Below, one piece after another: positions 23,826-35,151 of a stretch of 64,000 nt of DNA; the first letter of the stretch is position 1; the number at the start of each line of letters is the position of its first letter. A model generated the notes under the pieces. It was not told the origin of the DNA, made no database searches, and saw nothing but the letters and a program-made list of their open reading frames with translations. The position numbers and the translations under genes were made by a program. This DNA comes from Macrostomum lignano (lineage: Eukaryota): contig NIVC01000866.1 of NCBI GenBank assembly GCA_002269645.1, positions 262,441 to 326,440 on the forward strand. Reading direction: 5' to 3'.

Positions 23826-24531
23826 TGAGGGGTTGTAGCCTAGTGTGGGTTGTAACCTATTCAGGGGGGTTGTAGCCTAATGGGGGGTTGTAGCCTAGTG
23901 AGGGGTTTTAACCTAATGAAGGGATGTAGCCTAGTGAGGGGTTGTAGCCTAGTGTGGGTTGTAACCTATTCAGGGGGGTTGTAGCCTAATGGGGGGCTGT
24001 AGCCTAGTGTGGGGTTGCAGCCTAGTGAGGGGTTTTAACCTAATGAAGGGATGTAGCCTAGTGAGGGGTTGTAGCCTAGTGAGGGGTTGTAGCCAAGTGA
24101 GGGGTTGTAGCCAAGTGAGGGGTTGTAGCCAAGTGAGGGGTTGTAGCCTAGTGAGGGGTTGTAGCCTAGTGAGGGGTTGTAGCCTAGTGAGGGGTTGTAG
24201 CCAAGTGAGGGGTTGTAGCCTAGTGAGGGGTTGTAGCCAAGTGAGGGGTTGTAGCCAAGTGAGGGGTTGTAGCCAAGTGAGGGGTTGTAGCCAAGTGAGG
24301 GGTTGTAGCCTAGTGAGGGGTTGTAGCCTAGTGAGGGTTGTAGCCTAGTGAGGGGTTGTAGCCTAGTGAGGGGTTGTAGCCAAGTGAGGGGTTGTAGCCA
24401 AGTGAGGGGTTGTAGCCAAGTGAGGGGTTGTAGCCTAGTGAGGGGTTGTAGCCTAGTGAGGAGTTGTAGCCTAGTGAGGGGTTGTAGCCTAGTGAGGAGT
24501 TGTAGCCTAGTGAGGAGTTGTAGCCAAGTGG
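23826..24531 (+). repeat. 19-bp minisatellite (GAGGGGTTGTAGCC[T/A]AGT) derived from a SINE/tRNA 5' head
   Basis: About 37 units; the last unit runs directly into a tRNA-like sequence. Confidence 0.92.
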
Positions 24532-24620
24532 CTAGAGCGTCGGACTCATGACAGAAAGGCCTGAGATTCGTTTCTCGACCCATTTGGAACAATTTGTGTT
24601 CTTGAGCAAGACATTTAAAT
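24517..24620 (+). mobile_element. tRNA-derived CORE-type SINE, 5' part
   Basis: A box TAGCCAAGTGG (24521-24531); tRNA-Met-like GCGTCGGACTCATGACAGAAAGGCCTGAGATTCG; degenerate B box; CORE-like TGTGTTCTTGAGCAAGACATTTAA (24595-24618). Confidence 0.7.
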
Positions 24621-24642
24621 ATTTAAACATTTAAATAAAAGA

Positions 24643-24809
24643 TGTTTTACTTTTCGTAGTAACGAAGACGAATGCAAGATGCTGAGTTAGGAAGAGATCG
24701 TAGATGCATGCAGCGCGTATATTTTCAGCAGCGAAGTAGCTGGCTGCTATACTTAAAATATGAATAAGGCTTCACCCATTAACCATAGAACTTAAGTTCA
24801 TACACAACA
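24643..24809 (-). repeat. 3' LTR (167 bp)
   Basis: TGTTTTAC...ACACAACA, identical by eye to 28737-28903. Confidence 0.97.
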
Positions 24810-24821
24810 CCCCCACATTTT
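24810..24821 (-). other. Polypurine tract
   Basis: AAAATGTGGGGG on the minus strand immediately before the 3' LTR. Confidence 0.7.
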
Positions 24822-24892
24822 AGCAATTAACCTGGAGAGAAATAAATGACTGTTTTCTATTTTGTCTAACGATCAAATAAATCAGAAATACG

Positions 24893-27259
24893 TCAGCCGA
24901 TCAGGGGCTTTTCGGAGCCTCTGACTTCGACGACAAACTTGGTACTCGGGACTTTGATCGCTGGTTGTCTCCACTTCAGCAGGAGTCGTAGTCTCCATTT
25001 CCTTCTCCTTGCTGCTGCCAACATTGGCAGGTCTAGGCGAGGTAATCTCTTGTGAGTTCTCTGTAGTCCTTGGCGTTGCATCAGATGCATGGACAACCCG
25101 TCATTTGCTGTCCAAGTAGGTATTTGATCCATGAAGTCCTTGGATTTCTTCTGGGACCTTGTCTGACTTTCCTTCTACGTTGATGTAGACAGGAATTGGG
25201 TAGTTAGCGGTTTGTCCCATTCTGTAAAGGTTGCAGTGAGGCGCGTTCTTGGGCGTTGCATAAACAGTTGTGCAGCAGGAATCGCTCCTTCGGAATTCGG
25301 TGTAGTGTTCTTCGAAAGGCAGAATGATATCAACACCTTCTCACATTCGGAACCTATGTCATTACTGTTCTGCTTCAGGGTCACTTTCAACTCTTGGATA
25401 GCTCTTTCCACAATCCCATTTGACTGGTGATGACCAGGTGGTGTTAGGACATGGTTAATTAGATTCTTCTTGAGAAATTCTGCGAACTATTTTGATCGAA
25501 AATTGGTTCCATTGTCAGTCACAATGCACGTTGGAAGTCCCATGTACTTAAATGTTCGTCTGCATGCTGGAATAAGAGAGTTGGCTGTGAGATTTGACAG
25601 CTGATGTACATCAATCCACCGAGAGAAGGAGTCGATGAGAACCAAGAAGTGTTTCTCCTTGAAGTATGCTATGTCCAGATGAACACGTTCGAAGAAGAAC
25701 TTTGCATCCTCCCATGAATGCAGATTTGCATTTGTTCGCTTTCTCGAATTTAGTTGGCAGGAAGGACACCTTTGAACGAAGCTATTGATCTGGGCGTCAA
25801 TGTAAGGCCACCAGAAGTACTCTCGAGCTAGTCTGATCATGCGCACAATGCCCGGATGATTCTCGTGAAGAATTTGAAGAATTTCTCTGCGCATGGACTT
25901 TGGAGGCACGATTCGGATCCCTTTGAACAGAATCCCGTTTTGAATGGAGTATTCCGCCTTGGATTTGGTGTACGGAAGCAGCTGTTTAGAAATGTAGCTT
26001 GGCCAATCTTGAGTAACAAACTTCTTGATAAAATCAATTTCAGGGTCTCTGGTGTTGGCGACACGCCGAAGAATTGTCCCAGAAGAAGAAAATTCTACGA
26101 GAGATTTTACCTCCAGCAGATTGACATCAAAATTTGAAAACGAAGTAGAAGCGTTTGTTGAAGGAATTCTGGACAGAGTATCTGCTGCGAGCATGGTGTC
26201 TCCTTTTGAGTAAGTGACAGTGTAGTCATAGGATCTGAGCAGCAATGCCCATCTCTGGAGTCTCGCAGAAACTCGGTCAGGAACTTTCGTTGTAGAGAAG
26301 ATGTACTGCAAAGGTCTGTGATCAGAGATGATTGTAAAATGACGGCCTGCCAGAAATTGATGAAAATATTTTACACCCTCGATAATTGCAAGAGCCTCCC
26401 GCTCAATGTTGGCGTAGTTGGCCTCAGCCTTGGTCAAAACTCTGCTTCCCAGCCATACAACTTCTTTTTGGTTCGTGTCGTGGAACAGCACAAATCCGAC
26501 TCCACTCTGAGAAGCGTCGCAGGTTAGAAACAACGGCCTTTTTATATCATAAGAAACGATTCGACCTTCCGTTACAGCAGCTTTCAGTTGGGAGAACGCA
26601 CTTGAGTGAACGACAGTCCATTTCCACTGAACCCCTTTCTTTAGGAGGTAATAGAGCGGCTTGGCGATCATAGAGAAGTTCCGACAAAAAATCCCGTAGT
26701 GTCTAAAGGTGCATATAGCACTTCTCAATTGATCCCGGTCTTTTGGCTCTGACAAGTTGGATAGAGCTTCCACTCTTGCAGGATCAGGCAAAAGTTTCCC
26801 ATCTCGGAGGAGAAATCCCAGAAATGTGACTTCTTTCTTGCACTCCTGAGTCTTACGCTCATTGATCTTGAATCCATGCTTTTTCAGTTTTTCTTTGATT
26901 TGCACCAGGATCTGTCGATGCTGCTCCACTGTTTCAGTGCCTAGAATGATGTCGTCCTGATAAGAAGCAGTGCCTGGTATTCCTTTGAGCAAGATATCCA
27001 TAACTTCCTGAAATATCAGTGGTGCTGCCGATATCCCAAATTGTAACTTGCGGATCGCAAAATGTCCTACGTGGGTGGAAATACACGTACGATCCTGACT
27101 TTCTGGCGTTAGGGGAATCTGCAAGAATGCGCCTTCGAGATCGAGCACTGAATACGCACTTTCGAATTTGGGATCTTTTGAAGGATTTCTTTCAAAGTTG
27201 GCAGTCGATATCGATCTCGGTCTATCCGTCTGTTGAGAGTGACTGAATAGTCTCCACAC
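24893..27259 (-). pseudogene. pol: Gypsy pol: RT-RNase H-integrase, disrupted
   Basis: YSVLDLEGAF, YQDD, LTCDAS, REALAI, HENH..CPSC, HLD..TDNG..VERA. In-frame TAG at 25487-25489 inside the integrase core; a +2 frameshift near 27155. Confidence 0.93.
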
Positions 27260-28674
27260 AGTCTAATGGGTCTCTTTGATCCTTCTGGTTTCAACACAGG
27301 AACAATAGGGCACGATACCTTAGGCGAGTGAACTGGGTAGATGATACCTGCACTTTCCAGTCTTTTCAGCTCCAGTTCAACCAAAGTTTTAATTGAGAAC
27401 GGAAGGGATCTGGCAGGAAAGCACATTCCATCGGCAGAGGCACCGTCCTTCAGGCGAAAGCTGGCCTGGAATCTTGAATTTTCATCACACTGCACTGGAT
27501 GGCACAGAAATTCGTCTACCGTCAATAGGTTGAAGGTACGAATAAAATTCATTCCCAAAATGGCTTGACTAGATGGGTCCCCGACATATATGTCTCCGCA
27601 TGCCGTTTTGCCGTTTCTCAGCTCAATCGTGACGTCCTTAGTCATGCCTCGTACGGAAACTGAAGCTCCCCCGAAAACTTTGAGTGATCGAATGTCCGCG
27701 TCAACCATGTGCAATCCGGCTTGCTCTACGATGGTTACTGGCAGAATTGTTACCTGACTACCAGAGTCGACGCACATATGGACTGTGAAATCACCGATCG
27801 TGCAGACTATTTTCCAGAGTTCGTCGCATGGAGTAGCCTTGATCACCGAGTACACAGCTGAATCAGGTGGATCAGCGTCGGTTGCTTCAACTTCCGCGTA
27901 CGTGACTTTCTTGCTGCCACCGATGTTGGACCTGCATGCTCTGGCAATGTGCCCGGTTTTTCCGCACTTGTGACATGTCGCATTGCGGAACTTGCAGGTA
28001 TTTCTAAGATGACCCGGGTTACCACAGGAATGGTAGCTAGACTTAGAATGATTCGGCGTTGTTGGCATTGGCCTGGATACCGTTGGATACTTTTGGTTGC
28101 TGCCAGTCTTCTTGTGAGTGGTTTTCTGCACTGCTGCGACGGTTTTGCTCGAATCAGTAGCTTGAGATACGGACTCCGATAAGAGACTATCCTTAACCGC
28201 AGTCTCTAGATCCAGCTTTTCCTTCACTAGTAATTTTTGCTTCAGAGAATTATCAGCCAGTCCGAAAATATACTGCGAAAGAATTAACTCTTCTCGCAGG
28301 TTGCCGAATTCGCATTTGTTGGCCTGTGTCTTCAGTCTCTCCAAAAACTTTGTCACCGACTCACCCTGTATTTGGACCATGGTATGTAGCAGATGTCTGT
28401 CGTAGTGAAGAAGGCGCTTGGGTTTCAAGTGGCTCAGTACCGCTTCTTTGATGAAATCGAACGTACACTTTGTATCGTTTAAAACGTCTTCTGGCTGCAC
28501 AAGTGTCTCAATCAGTGAAAATGCGGCATCTCCACACGTAGCAAGTAGAACGGCTTTGCTCTGGTCATTCTTTTCCGTTGCGCTAATGTAAAAACCGAGG
28601 CGCTTGAAATACTGTTCGACATCGGGGTAGCACAGCGGCATCTCCCCCAGTCGGAAGTCGAGTCCGGAAGACAT
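27109..28674 (-). CDS. gag: Gypsy gag-protease-RT N-terminus
   Basis: 521-aa ORF; CHKCGKTGHIARAC knuckle (the first knuckle has C>Y), protease CVDSGSQVT, RT start PIVPVLKP..IRLCGDY. Confidence 0.9.
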   Translation of the reverse strand: MSSGLDFRLGEMPLCYPDVEQYFKRLGFYISATEKNDQSKAVLLATCGDAAFSLIETLVQPEDVLNDTKCTFDFIKEAVLSHLKPKRLLHYDRHLLHTMVQIQGESVTKFLERLKTQANKCEFGNLREELILSQYIFGLADNSLKQKLLVKEKLDLETAVKDSLLSESVSQATDSSKTVAAVQKTTHKKTGSNQKYPTVSRPMPTTPNHSKSSYHSCGNPGHLRNTCKFRNATCHKCGKTGHIARACRSNIGGSKKVTYAEVEATDADPPDSAVYSVIKATPCDELWKIVCTIGDFTVHMCVDSGSQVTILPVTIVEQAGLHMVDADIRSLKVFGGASVSVRGMTKDVTIELRNGKTACGDIYVGDPSSQAILGMNFIRTFNLLTVDEFLCHPVQCDENSRFQASFRLKDGASADGMCFPARSLPFSIKTLVELELKRLESAGIIYPVHSPKVSCPIVPVLKPEGSKRPIRLCGDYSVTLNRRIDRDRYRLPTLKEILQKIPNSKVRIQCSISKAHSCRFP

Positions 28675-28724
28675 CGGAATGAAGATTTGGTGACTGCAGT
28701 ATCGTCCCGCGAAGAATTAAATTT

Positions 28725-28736
28725 TCCTCGTCGCCA
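28725..28736 (-). other. Primer binding site, tRNA-Ser(GCT)-like
   Basis: TGGCGACGAGGA directly follows the 5' LTR; complementary to the TCCTCGTCG-CCA 3' end I recall for eukaryotic tRNA-Ser(GCT). Confidence 0.8.
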
Positions 28737-28903
28737 TGTTTTACTTTTCGTAGTAACGAAGACGAATGCAAGATGCTGAGTTAGGAAGAGATCGTAGATG
28801 CATGCAGCGCGTATATTTTCAGCAGCGAAGTAGCTGGCTGCTATACTTAAAATATGAATAAGGCTTCACCCATTAACCATAGAACTTAAGTTCATACACA
28901 ACA
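28737..28903 (-). repeat. 5' LTR (167 bp)
   Basis: Identical by eye to 24643-24809. Confidence 0.97.
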
Positions 28904-29030
28904 TCTACATTGCATTTTGCAGTTCAACCAGCTGTAAAATGGTACCAGCATTAACTGGGGTAATTGAGGGTGTGTGGCGACCCCCTAGTCCTTGGACTGA
29001 ACAGCCGTACGTAGCCTTTGGTACGCAGCG
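28904..29030 (+). mobile_element. CORE-type SINE, 3' continuation beyond the gypsy insertion
   Basis: TTCAACCAGCTGTAAAATGGTACC resembles the second half of the CORE domain (CTGTAAAATGG). Confidence 0.55.
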
Positions 29031-29472
29031 CTGCTCAATAGCTGCGGCTGAGCTCTCGGTAGCAAGTCTGCCATAACTATATCGGTGCTGTCAACGTCCC
29101 CAAACTTCACAGCCATCAAAACCCAAATAATTTTTTTATTTCTGAAATTGGAAAAGTTACATTGGGGGAATATTTGTGAATTTTTAGAGATCCAATAAAA
29201 TCCTATAAACTAAAAAATGAGCTGTCTCTAGGTACCCACCTGTCAATACGATTGATTACAGAACAAACGGTAGAGGCGTAGAGACTGTCCCGACGTCTAC
29301 TTGTCTGGTTTCTCAGAGAACAGGGAGAAGGGCTTGAGCAGCCAATCAGAAGGAATTGGTTCTGAGCCTTAAAAGCCCAAATATAGACGGAAAAGTCGTC
29401 ACCTGCTGCGCCGTCCCCTCTTCAAGCGGCTCTTCAGCTTCGCATCCCGGAAGTACTGATGCAAAACTGATT

Positions 29473-30726
29473 ATGCAGCAGGCACCCGAGCAGCTGCTGC
29501 TCTCGATGGGACAGCAACTCGCCAACTCGACCGGTCAGAGTCTGTTCGACCCGCGGCCATCCACTCCGCCCTTCGAGGAAGTCACCTGGAGCCTCACCCT
29601 GGCCTTCGCCCTGTTCGCCGTGTTGCTCAACGCCTACCTGCTGCGGGCGCTCACGCAGAAGCGCCAGGCGTCGCGGCACGGCAAGACGAACAGCTTGCTG
29701 GTGCTCACCGGCTCCGAGATCGCCCTCAGCCTCTTCTTGGTTTGCTTCCTCATCGTGTACCGCGCCTCGGGCCGGCTGCACCTGGAGTCCGGCTTCCACA
29801 CGCTGCACGCCATCAGGAACTACTGGCTGCTGGCCATCACGGCCTGCCGCCTCATAGTCATCGTGCAGCCGTTCCGCGCCGCCCAGGCCGGCGTATTCTT
29901 CGGCGCCCGTCGCCAAGCCCAGACCCTGATTGGCATCGTTGTCATGGTTACCGCCGTTGTCTGGCTGAGCGCCGCCGCCACCGCCCCAGGAAAGATGCCG
30001 GTGCAGCTGGTCAACCAGAGCGTCATCCAGTTGGCTCCCGACGCCACCGCCGCCGCTGCCGCCGCTGTTGAGCAAGTCGTCAACCGGTCTCAGCCGGCGG
30101 ACGCTTTCGGCCGCGCCGAGGGCCGAGCGCTTCGTGAGGCGCTGCGGCCGACGCTGATCCGCTATGCCGTCGTGATGTTCCTCGGCAGCATCCTGCCGGG
30201 CGCCTTCATCGCGGGCATGGGCGCTCGGATGGCCGCGGCGCTGCTGAGCCGGGCGTTCAACCGGGCCGCGGCCAGGCGCTCCTGCAAGCTCGTCCTGCTG
30301 CTGTCGCTCGGCTTCGTCGTCTGCGAGCTGCCGTTCGCCGTGATGCACATCGTCACCGTGGTGTACATCCTGTGCACCTCGAGACCGCTGCCCGAGCTGG
30401 AGGTGGACCTGGAGTGGATGGAGTGCCTGGCGAACTTGGGCCTGGCCTTTGTCCCCGTGGACTCCTGCCTGAACTTCCTCATCCTGACGCGGTACAGCAG
30501 GAGCTTCCGCAGGGCTCTGCGCGCCGGCTGCAGCAAGCTGAAAAGCTCCCCGGCGGCTGATGGCACTGCCGGTGGCACCGCTGGAGGCAACGGAAACGGC
30601 GGCGGCGGCGGACTTGGACAGTCGAGGCGGGGCAGCTGCGGCGAGCTGGTGGCGCTGCAGAGCTGGAACTTCAGCAGCCGGAACGAAATGCAGCGGCAGC
30701 AGCAGCAGCCACGACCGAGAGAGTGA
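29473..30726 (+). CDS. Intronless class A (rhodopsin-like) orphan GPCR
   Basis: First ATG at 29473 within a long GC-rich ORF; seven hydrophobic segments with N in TM1, CRL..I.QPF after TM3, LP in TM5, CELP in TM6, SCLNFLI..SRSFR at TM7/helix 8. Confidence 0.88.
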   Translation: MQQAPEQLLLSMGQQLANSTGQSLFDPRPSTPPFEEVTWSLTLAFALFAVLLNAYLLRALTQKRQASRHGKTNSLLVLTGSEIALSLFLVCFLIVYRASGRLHLESGFHTLHAIRNYWLLAITACRLIVIVQPFRAAQAGVFFGARRQAQTLIGIVVMVTAVVWLSAAATAPGKMPVQLVNQSVIQLAPDATAAAAAAVEQVVNRSQPADAFGRAEGRALREALRPTLIRYAVVMFLGSILPGAFIAGMGARMAAALLSRAFNRAAARRSCKLVLLLSLGFVVCELPFAVMHIVTVVYILCTSRPLPELEVDLEWMECLANLGLAFVPVDSCLNFLILTRYSRSFRRALRAGCSKLKSSPAADGTAGGTAGGNGNGGGGGLGQSRRGSCGELVALQSWNFSSRNEMQRQQQQPRPRE

Positions 30727-31197
30727 AGTCCTGGCGGGGAAATTGAACTGCTTAATAACTGGCGGAGTGAACTGCAAGAAGGAGTGAACTAAAAGAGTAG
30801 TCAGAGTGAACTACAAGAATAGTCAGAGTGAACTACAAGAACAGTAGGAGTGAACCACTTGCAGCTCCAGGAGTGAACTACAAAATTTATGATAAAAAAT
30901 AAGGTTAGAGACCTTATTGAACTGAAATAAGAAAAAAACAATAACCGTATTCATAGCTTATAACACACGCGTACCTTGTCAAATAATTTTTGTTACATTT
31001 TAACCGCTTCAAATAAATAGATAGCAATGGAGAGCTGTTTTTTCATTCGAATTAAAATTACAATTACAGTAGGTTTAGAAACTGTCCCGACTGCAATGGC
31101 AGCGCGCCGATAAAGTTCTTCACCCGATTCGCAAATATAAAAAATGTGTTTTCTGCAACAAAAAAACTGCCAAGTTCTTTTGCTTTGCCTGTTGCAA

Positions 31198-31198
31198 A

Positions 31199-31231
<33 letters not shown>

Positions 31232-31293
31232 CTAAGGACAGACAGACAGACAGACACTAAGACAGACAGACAGACAGACACACACACACACTA

Positions 31294-31382
<89 letters not shown>

Positions 31383-31395
31383 CACACACACACTA

Positions 31396-31439
<44 letters not shown>

Positions 31440-31644
31440 TGACAGACAGACAGACACACACACACACACTAAGACAGACAGACAGACAGACACTAAGGAC
31501 AGACAGACACTAAGACAGACAGACACTAAGACAGACAGACACTAAGGACAGACAGACAGACAGACACTAAGACAGACAGACAGACAGACAGACAGACTGA
31601 CTGACTGACAGACAGACAGCTGACAGACAGACAGACAGACACTA

Positions 31645-31684
<40 letters not shown>

Positions 31685-31743
31685 TGACAGACAGACAGAC
31701 AGACAGCTGACAGACAGACAGACAGACACTAAGACAGACAGAG

Positions 31744-31801
<58 letters not shown>

Positions 31802-31848
31802 TGACTGACTGACAGACAGACAGCTGACAGACAGACAGACAGACACTA

Positions 31849-31913
<65 letters not shown>

Positions 31914-31947
31914 GCTGACAGACAGACAGACAGACACTAAGACAGAC

Positions 31948-31997
<50 letters not shown>

Positions 31998-32048
31998 TGA
32001 CTGACTGACTGACAGACAGACAGCTGACAGACAGACAGACAGACACTA

Positions 32049-32081
<33 letters not shown>

Positions 32082-32176
32082 CTAAGGACAGACAGACACT
32101 AAGACAGACAGACACTAAGGACAGACAGACAGACTGACTGACAGACAGATAGCTGACAGACAGACAGACAGACAGT
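31198..32176. repeat. (GACA)n microsatellite (GTCT on the minus strand)
   Basis: Seen directly, with CTAA/CTGA interruptions. Confidence 0.97.
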
Positions 32177-32799
32177 AACGCTAATTAGAGTGTGCTCAGT
32201 AAACTTTTTCGCCTCTAAATGCATTTGACAGCCCGTGCATTAACTCACAATCCGGCTGGCGCAGCACGAAGAAGGCAGCGTTCAGTTCTGAGAATCCAAT
32301 TCGTTTATTCGCTTTCAGGCATCGAAGCCGAGACGTCACGACATCCGAGCAAAGTGCTCTTCAGGCAAAATAAAAGTTTCCTAATTCGGATTTCGGCTCG
32401 GCAATTAACTGCTGCTGCTTCGAGAGACGCGGTCCTGGGACTCGAGGGTCGCATAACTTGCGCGCAAGACTCAGCCATCGCAATGAAAGTTTGTTTGTGC
32501 CCGTAATTGCTTCAAATTTAATTATAGGGTTGCATCTTGTCTTCAGGGACTTCGGTCCTGATTGAGGGTTTCCGGCTTAAAGAGGCTGTATAAATTCTAT
32601 GCCCAGATCTTTGTCCTGCGGCGGTCGAATGGCACTAAAGCTCTGGTTTGCTCGCCTCTTTCATAAGGTATACCGGATCCTGTGACCTTTGATCCTGACA
32701 ATCTGACAAGACAGAGAAGGGCTACAGCTGTCGAAATGCGGAGATTACTGGGATGGATTTTATGCAGATTTATGCAGGCAGCGCTTTTTCTGTTGAGGG

Positions 32800-33005
32800 G
32801 CGCCATTTCATTTTGAGTGGGCGCCATAATTTTGCGAAGGCGCCATTTCATTTTTAGAGGGCGCTATTTCATTTTGAGAGGGCGCCATTCCATTTTGAGA
32901 GGGCGCTATTTCATTTTGAGAGGGCGCCATTCCATTTTGAGAGGGCGCTATTTCATTATAAGAGGGCGCCATTCCATTTTGAGAGGGCGCCATTTTATTT
33001 GAGGG
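32800..33005. repeat. 21-bp minisatellite (GAGGGCGCCATTTCATTTTGA)
   Basis: About 9 units, with alternating variants. Confidence 0.9.
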
Positions 33006-33406
33006 GGCACCAGCGACTGAGGATAGTCTTGCTTGAACACAGTAAATTCGACTTTACTCAAGACTGGAGGCTCAGGATCCGAGTCGCTAAGCAAAGGTCG
33101 ACAACTATGCGCAAGATTAGCCAGTAAGGCACGTGTGAAATCAGATTGAGCCTGCATGACGTCATGCCTTCTAATCAGGAATGAAGCTTTTACATTTAAA
33201 AGCTTTTCGAGCTGCTCTGGCACAGTGCTTTTAGGCGGCATTGCATGTTAATGACTGTAATTTGGGCACCATCCAAACATAATTCACGGCTTTGCATTCT
33301 CTCTCTCTCTTTGATTTTGCTGTTGCTGTCGCTTTTTGTCACAGATTTCGCTTGCACTTTAAAGCTAACCGAATTATGGCATTGTAAGTACAGCTTGCTC
33401 TAGGTG

Positions 33407-34641
33407 GTATTTCTTCCTCACTTGGGTCCGGCCATAGACTGCAGAACCGTATTTCTTCCTCACTTGGGTCCGGCCATAGACTGCAGAACCGTATTTCTTC
33501 CTCACTTGGGTCCGGCCATAGAGTGCAGAACCGTATTTCTTCATCACTTGGGTCCGGCCATAAAGTGCAGAACCATATTACTTCCTCACATGGGTCTGGC
33601 CATAGACTGCAGAACCGTATTTCTTCCTCACTTGGGTCCGGCCATAGACTGCAGAACCGTATTTCTTCCTCACTTGGGTCCGGCCATAGAGTGCAGAACC
33701 GTATTTCTTCATCACTTGGGTCCGGCCATAAAGTGCAGAACCATATTACTTCCTCACATGGGTCCGGCCATAGACTGCAGAACCGTATTTCTTCCTCACT
33801 TGGGTCCGGCCATAGACTGCAGAACCGTATTTCTTCCTCACTTGGGTCCGGCCATAGACTGCAGAACCGTATTTCTTCCTCACTTGGGTCCGGCCATAAA
33901 GTGCAGAACCGTATTTCTTCCTCACTTGGGTCCGGCCATAAAGTGCAGAACCATATTTCTTCCTCACTTGGGTCCGGCCATAGAGTGCAGAACCGTAATT
34001 CTTCCTCACTTGGGTCCGGCCATAGAGTGCAGAACCGTATTTCTTCCTCACTTGGGTCCGGCCATAGAGTGCAGAACCATATTTCTTCCTCACTTGGGTC
34101 CGGCCATAAAGTGCAGAACCATATTTCTTCCTCACTTGGGTCCGGCCATAGAGTGCAGAACCATATTTCTTCCTCACTTGGGTCCGGCCATAGAGTGCAG
34201 AACCGTAATTCTTCCTCACTTGGGTCCGGCCAAGGACTGCAGAACCGTATTTCTTCCTCACTTGGGTCCGGCCATAGAGTGCAGAACCATATTTCTTCCT
34301 CACTTGGGTCCGGCCATAAAGTGCAGAACCATATTTCTTCCTCACTTGGGTCCGGCCATAGAGTGCAGAACCGTATTTCTTCCTCACTTGGGTCCGGCCA
34401 AGGACTGCAGATCCGTATTTCTTCCTCACTTGGGTCCGGCCATAGAGTGCAGAACCATATTTCTTCCTCACTTGGGTCCGGCCAAGGACTGCAGAACCGT
34501 ATTTCTTCCTCACTTGGGTCCGGCCATAGAGTGCAGAACCATATTTCTTCCTCACTTGGGTCCGGCCATAGAGTGCAGAACCGTATTTCTTCCTCACTTG
34601 GGTCCGGCCATAGAGTGCAGAACCATATTTCTTCCTCACTT
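33407..34641. repeat. 42-bp minisatellite (GTATTTCTTCCTCACTTGGGTCCGGCCATAGAGTGCAGAACC)
   Basis: About 29 units; produces spurious 14-aa-repeat ORFs. Confidence 0.97.
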
Positions 34642-34656
34642 AAGGTGAGAGAGGAT

Positions 34657-34790
34657 GGTGCTGAGGGGGGATGATCCTGAGGGCAATTCTGAGGGCAATG
34701 ATGCTGAGGGCAATGATGCTGAGGGGGATGCTGAGGGGAATAATGCTAAGGGGATTGATGCAGAGGGGGATGATCCTGAATGGGAATTTA
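34657..34790. repeat. Degenerate 15-bp repeat (CTGAGGGGGATGATG)
   Basis: About 8 diverged units. Confidence 0.7.
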
Positions 34791-35151
34791 CAATGCTATC
34801 CCCATGCAGTTAAGGGGATCACCTTGTGGCTCTTGCCTCTTTGCGTGTGGTATTTACAACTGTTGCGACACCAAAAAAGAATTGAAACCCTAAATGTAAG
34901 AGTCGGTTAATTCCTTAAAAACAGCTTTTTGGAAATTCTAAATCGTAAATTGTAAATCTGACTTAGTCAGCAACTTACCGTACAGCACTGAAATCGCTGC
35001 AAATGAGTTGTAAAAGTTTTCAATGAAGAAGATTAACAGTAAATTTTATTTAACTAGTTAGTGCCAAAAACTGTCAGAATTACTAAATTCACGGCTGCTG
35101 ATGTTTCTGTTGTTGTTGTTGTTGTTGTTGTTGTTGATTGCGGTGAGCATC

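Larger units (their letters stand above)
24643..28903 (-). mobile_element. Full-length Ty3/gypsy LTR retrotransposon (Mag-clade-like), coding-defective
   Basis: Two identical 167-bp TG..CA LTRs, PBS, PPT, and gag(CCHC)-PR-RT-RNaseH-IN order without env. Confidence 0.97.

Noticed and set aside
24517-24590. Functional tRNA-Met gene
   Set aside because: Degenerate B box and acceptor stem, and continuation into a CORE-like block, indicate a SINE head; the same applies to 62291-62365.
29434-30777. 447-aa ORF antisense to the GPCR
   Set aside because: Expected shadow of a GC-rich coding strand; no recognisable motifs.
33404-34674. 414-, 383- and 297-aa ORFs over a 42-bp repeat; could be mistaken for a repeat protein or CRISPR array
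   Set aside because: Open in several frames on both strands; units are contiguous with no unique spacers and there are no cas genes; eukaryotic minisatellite.
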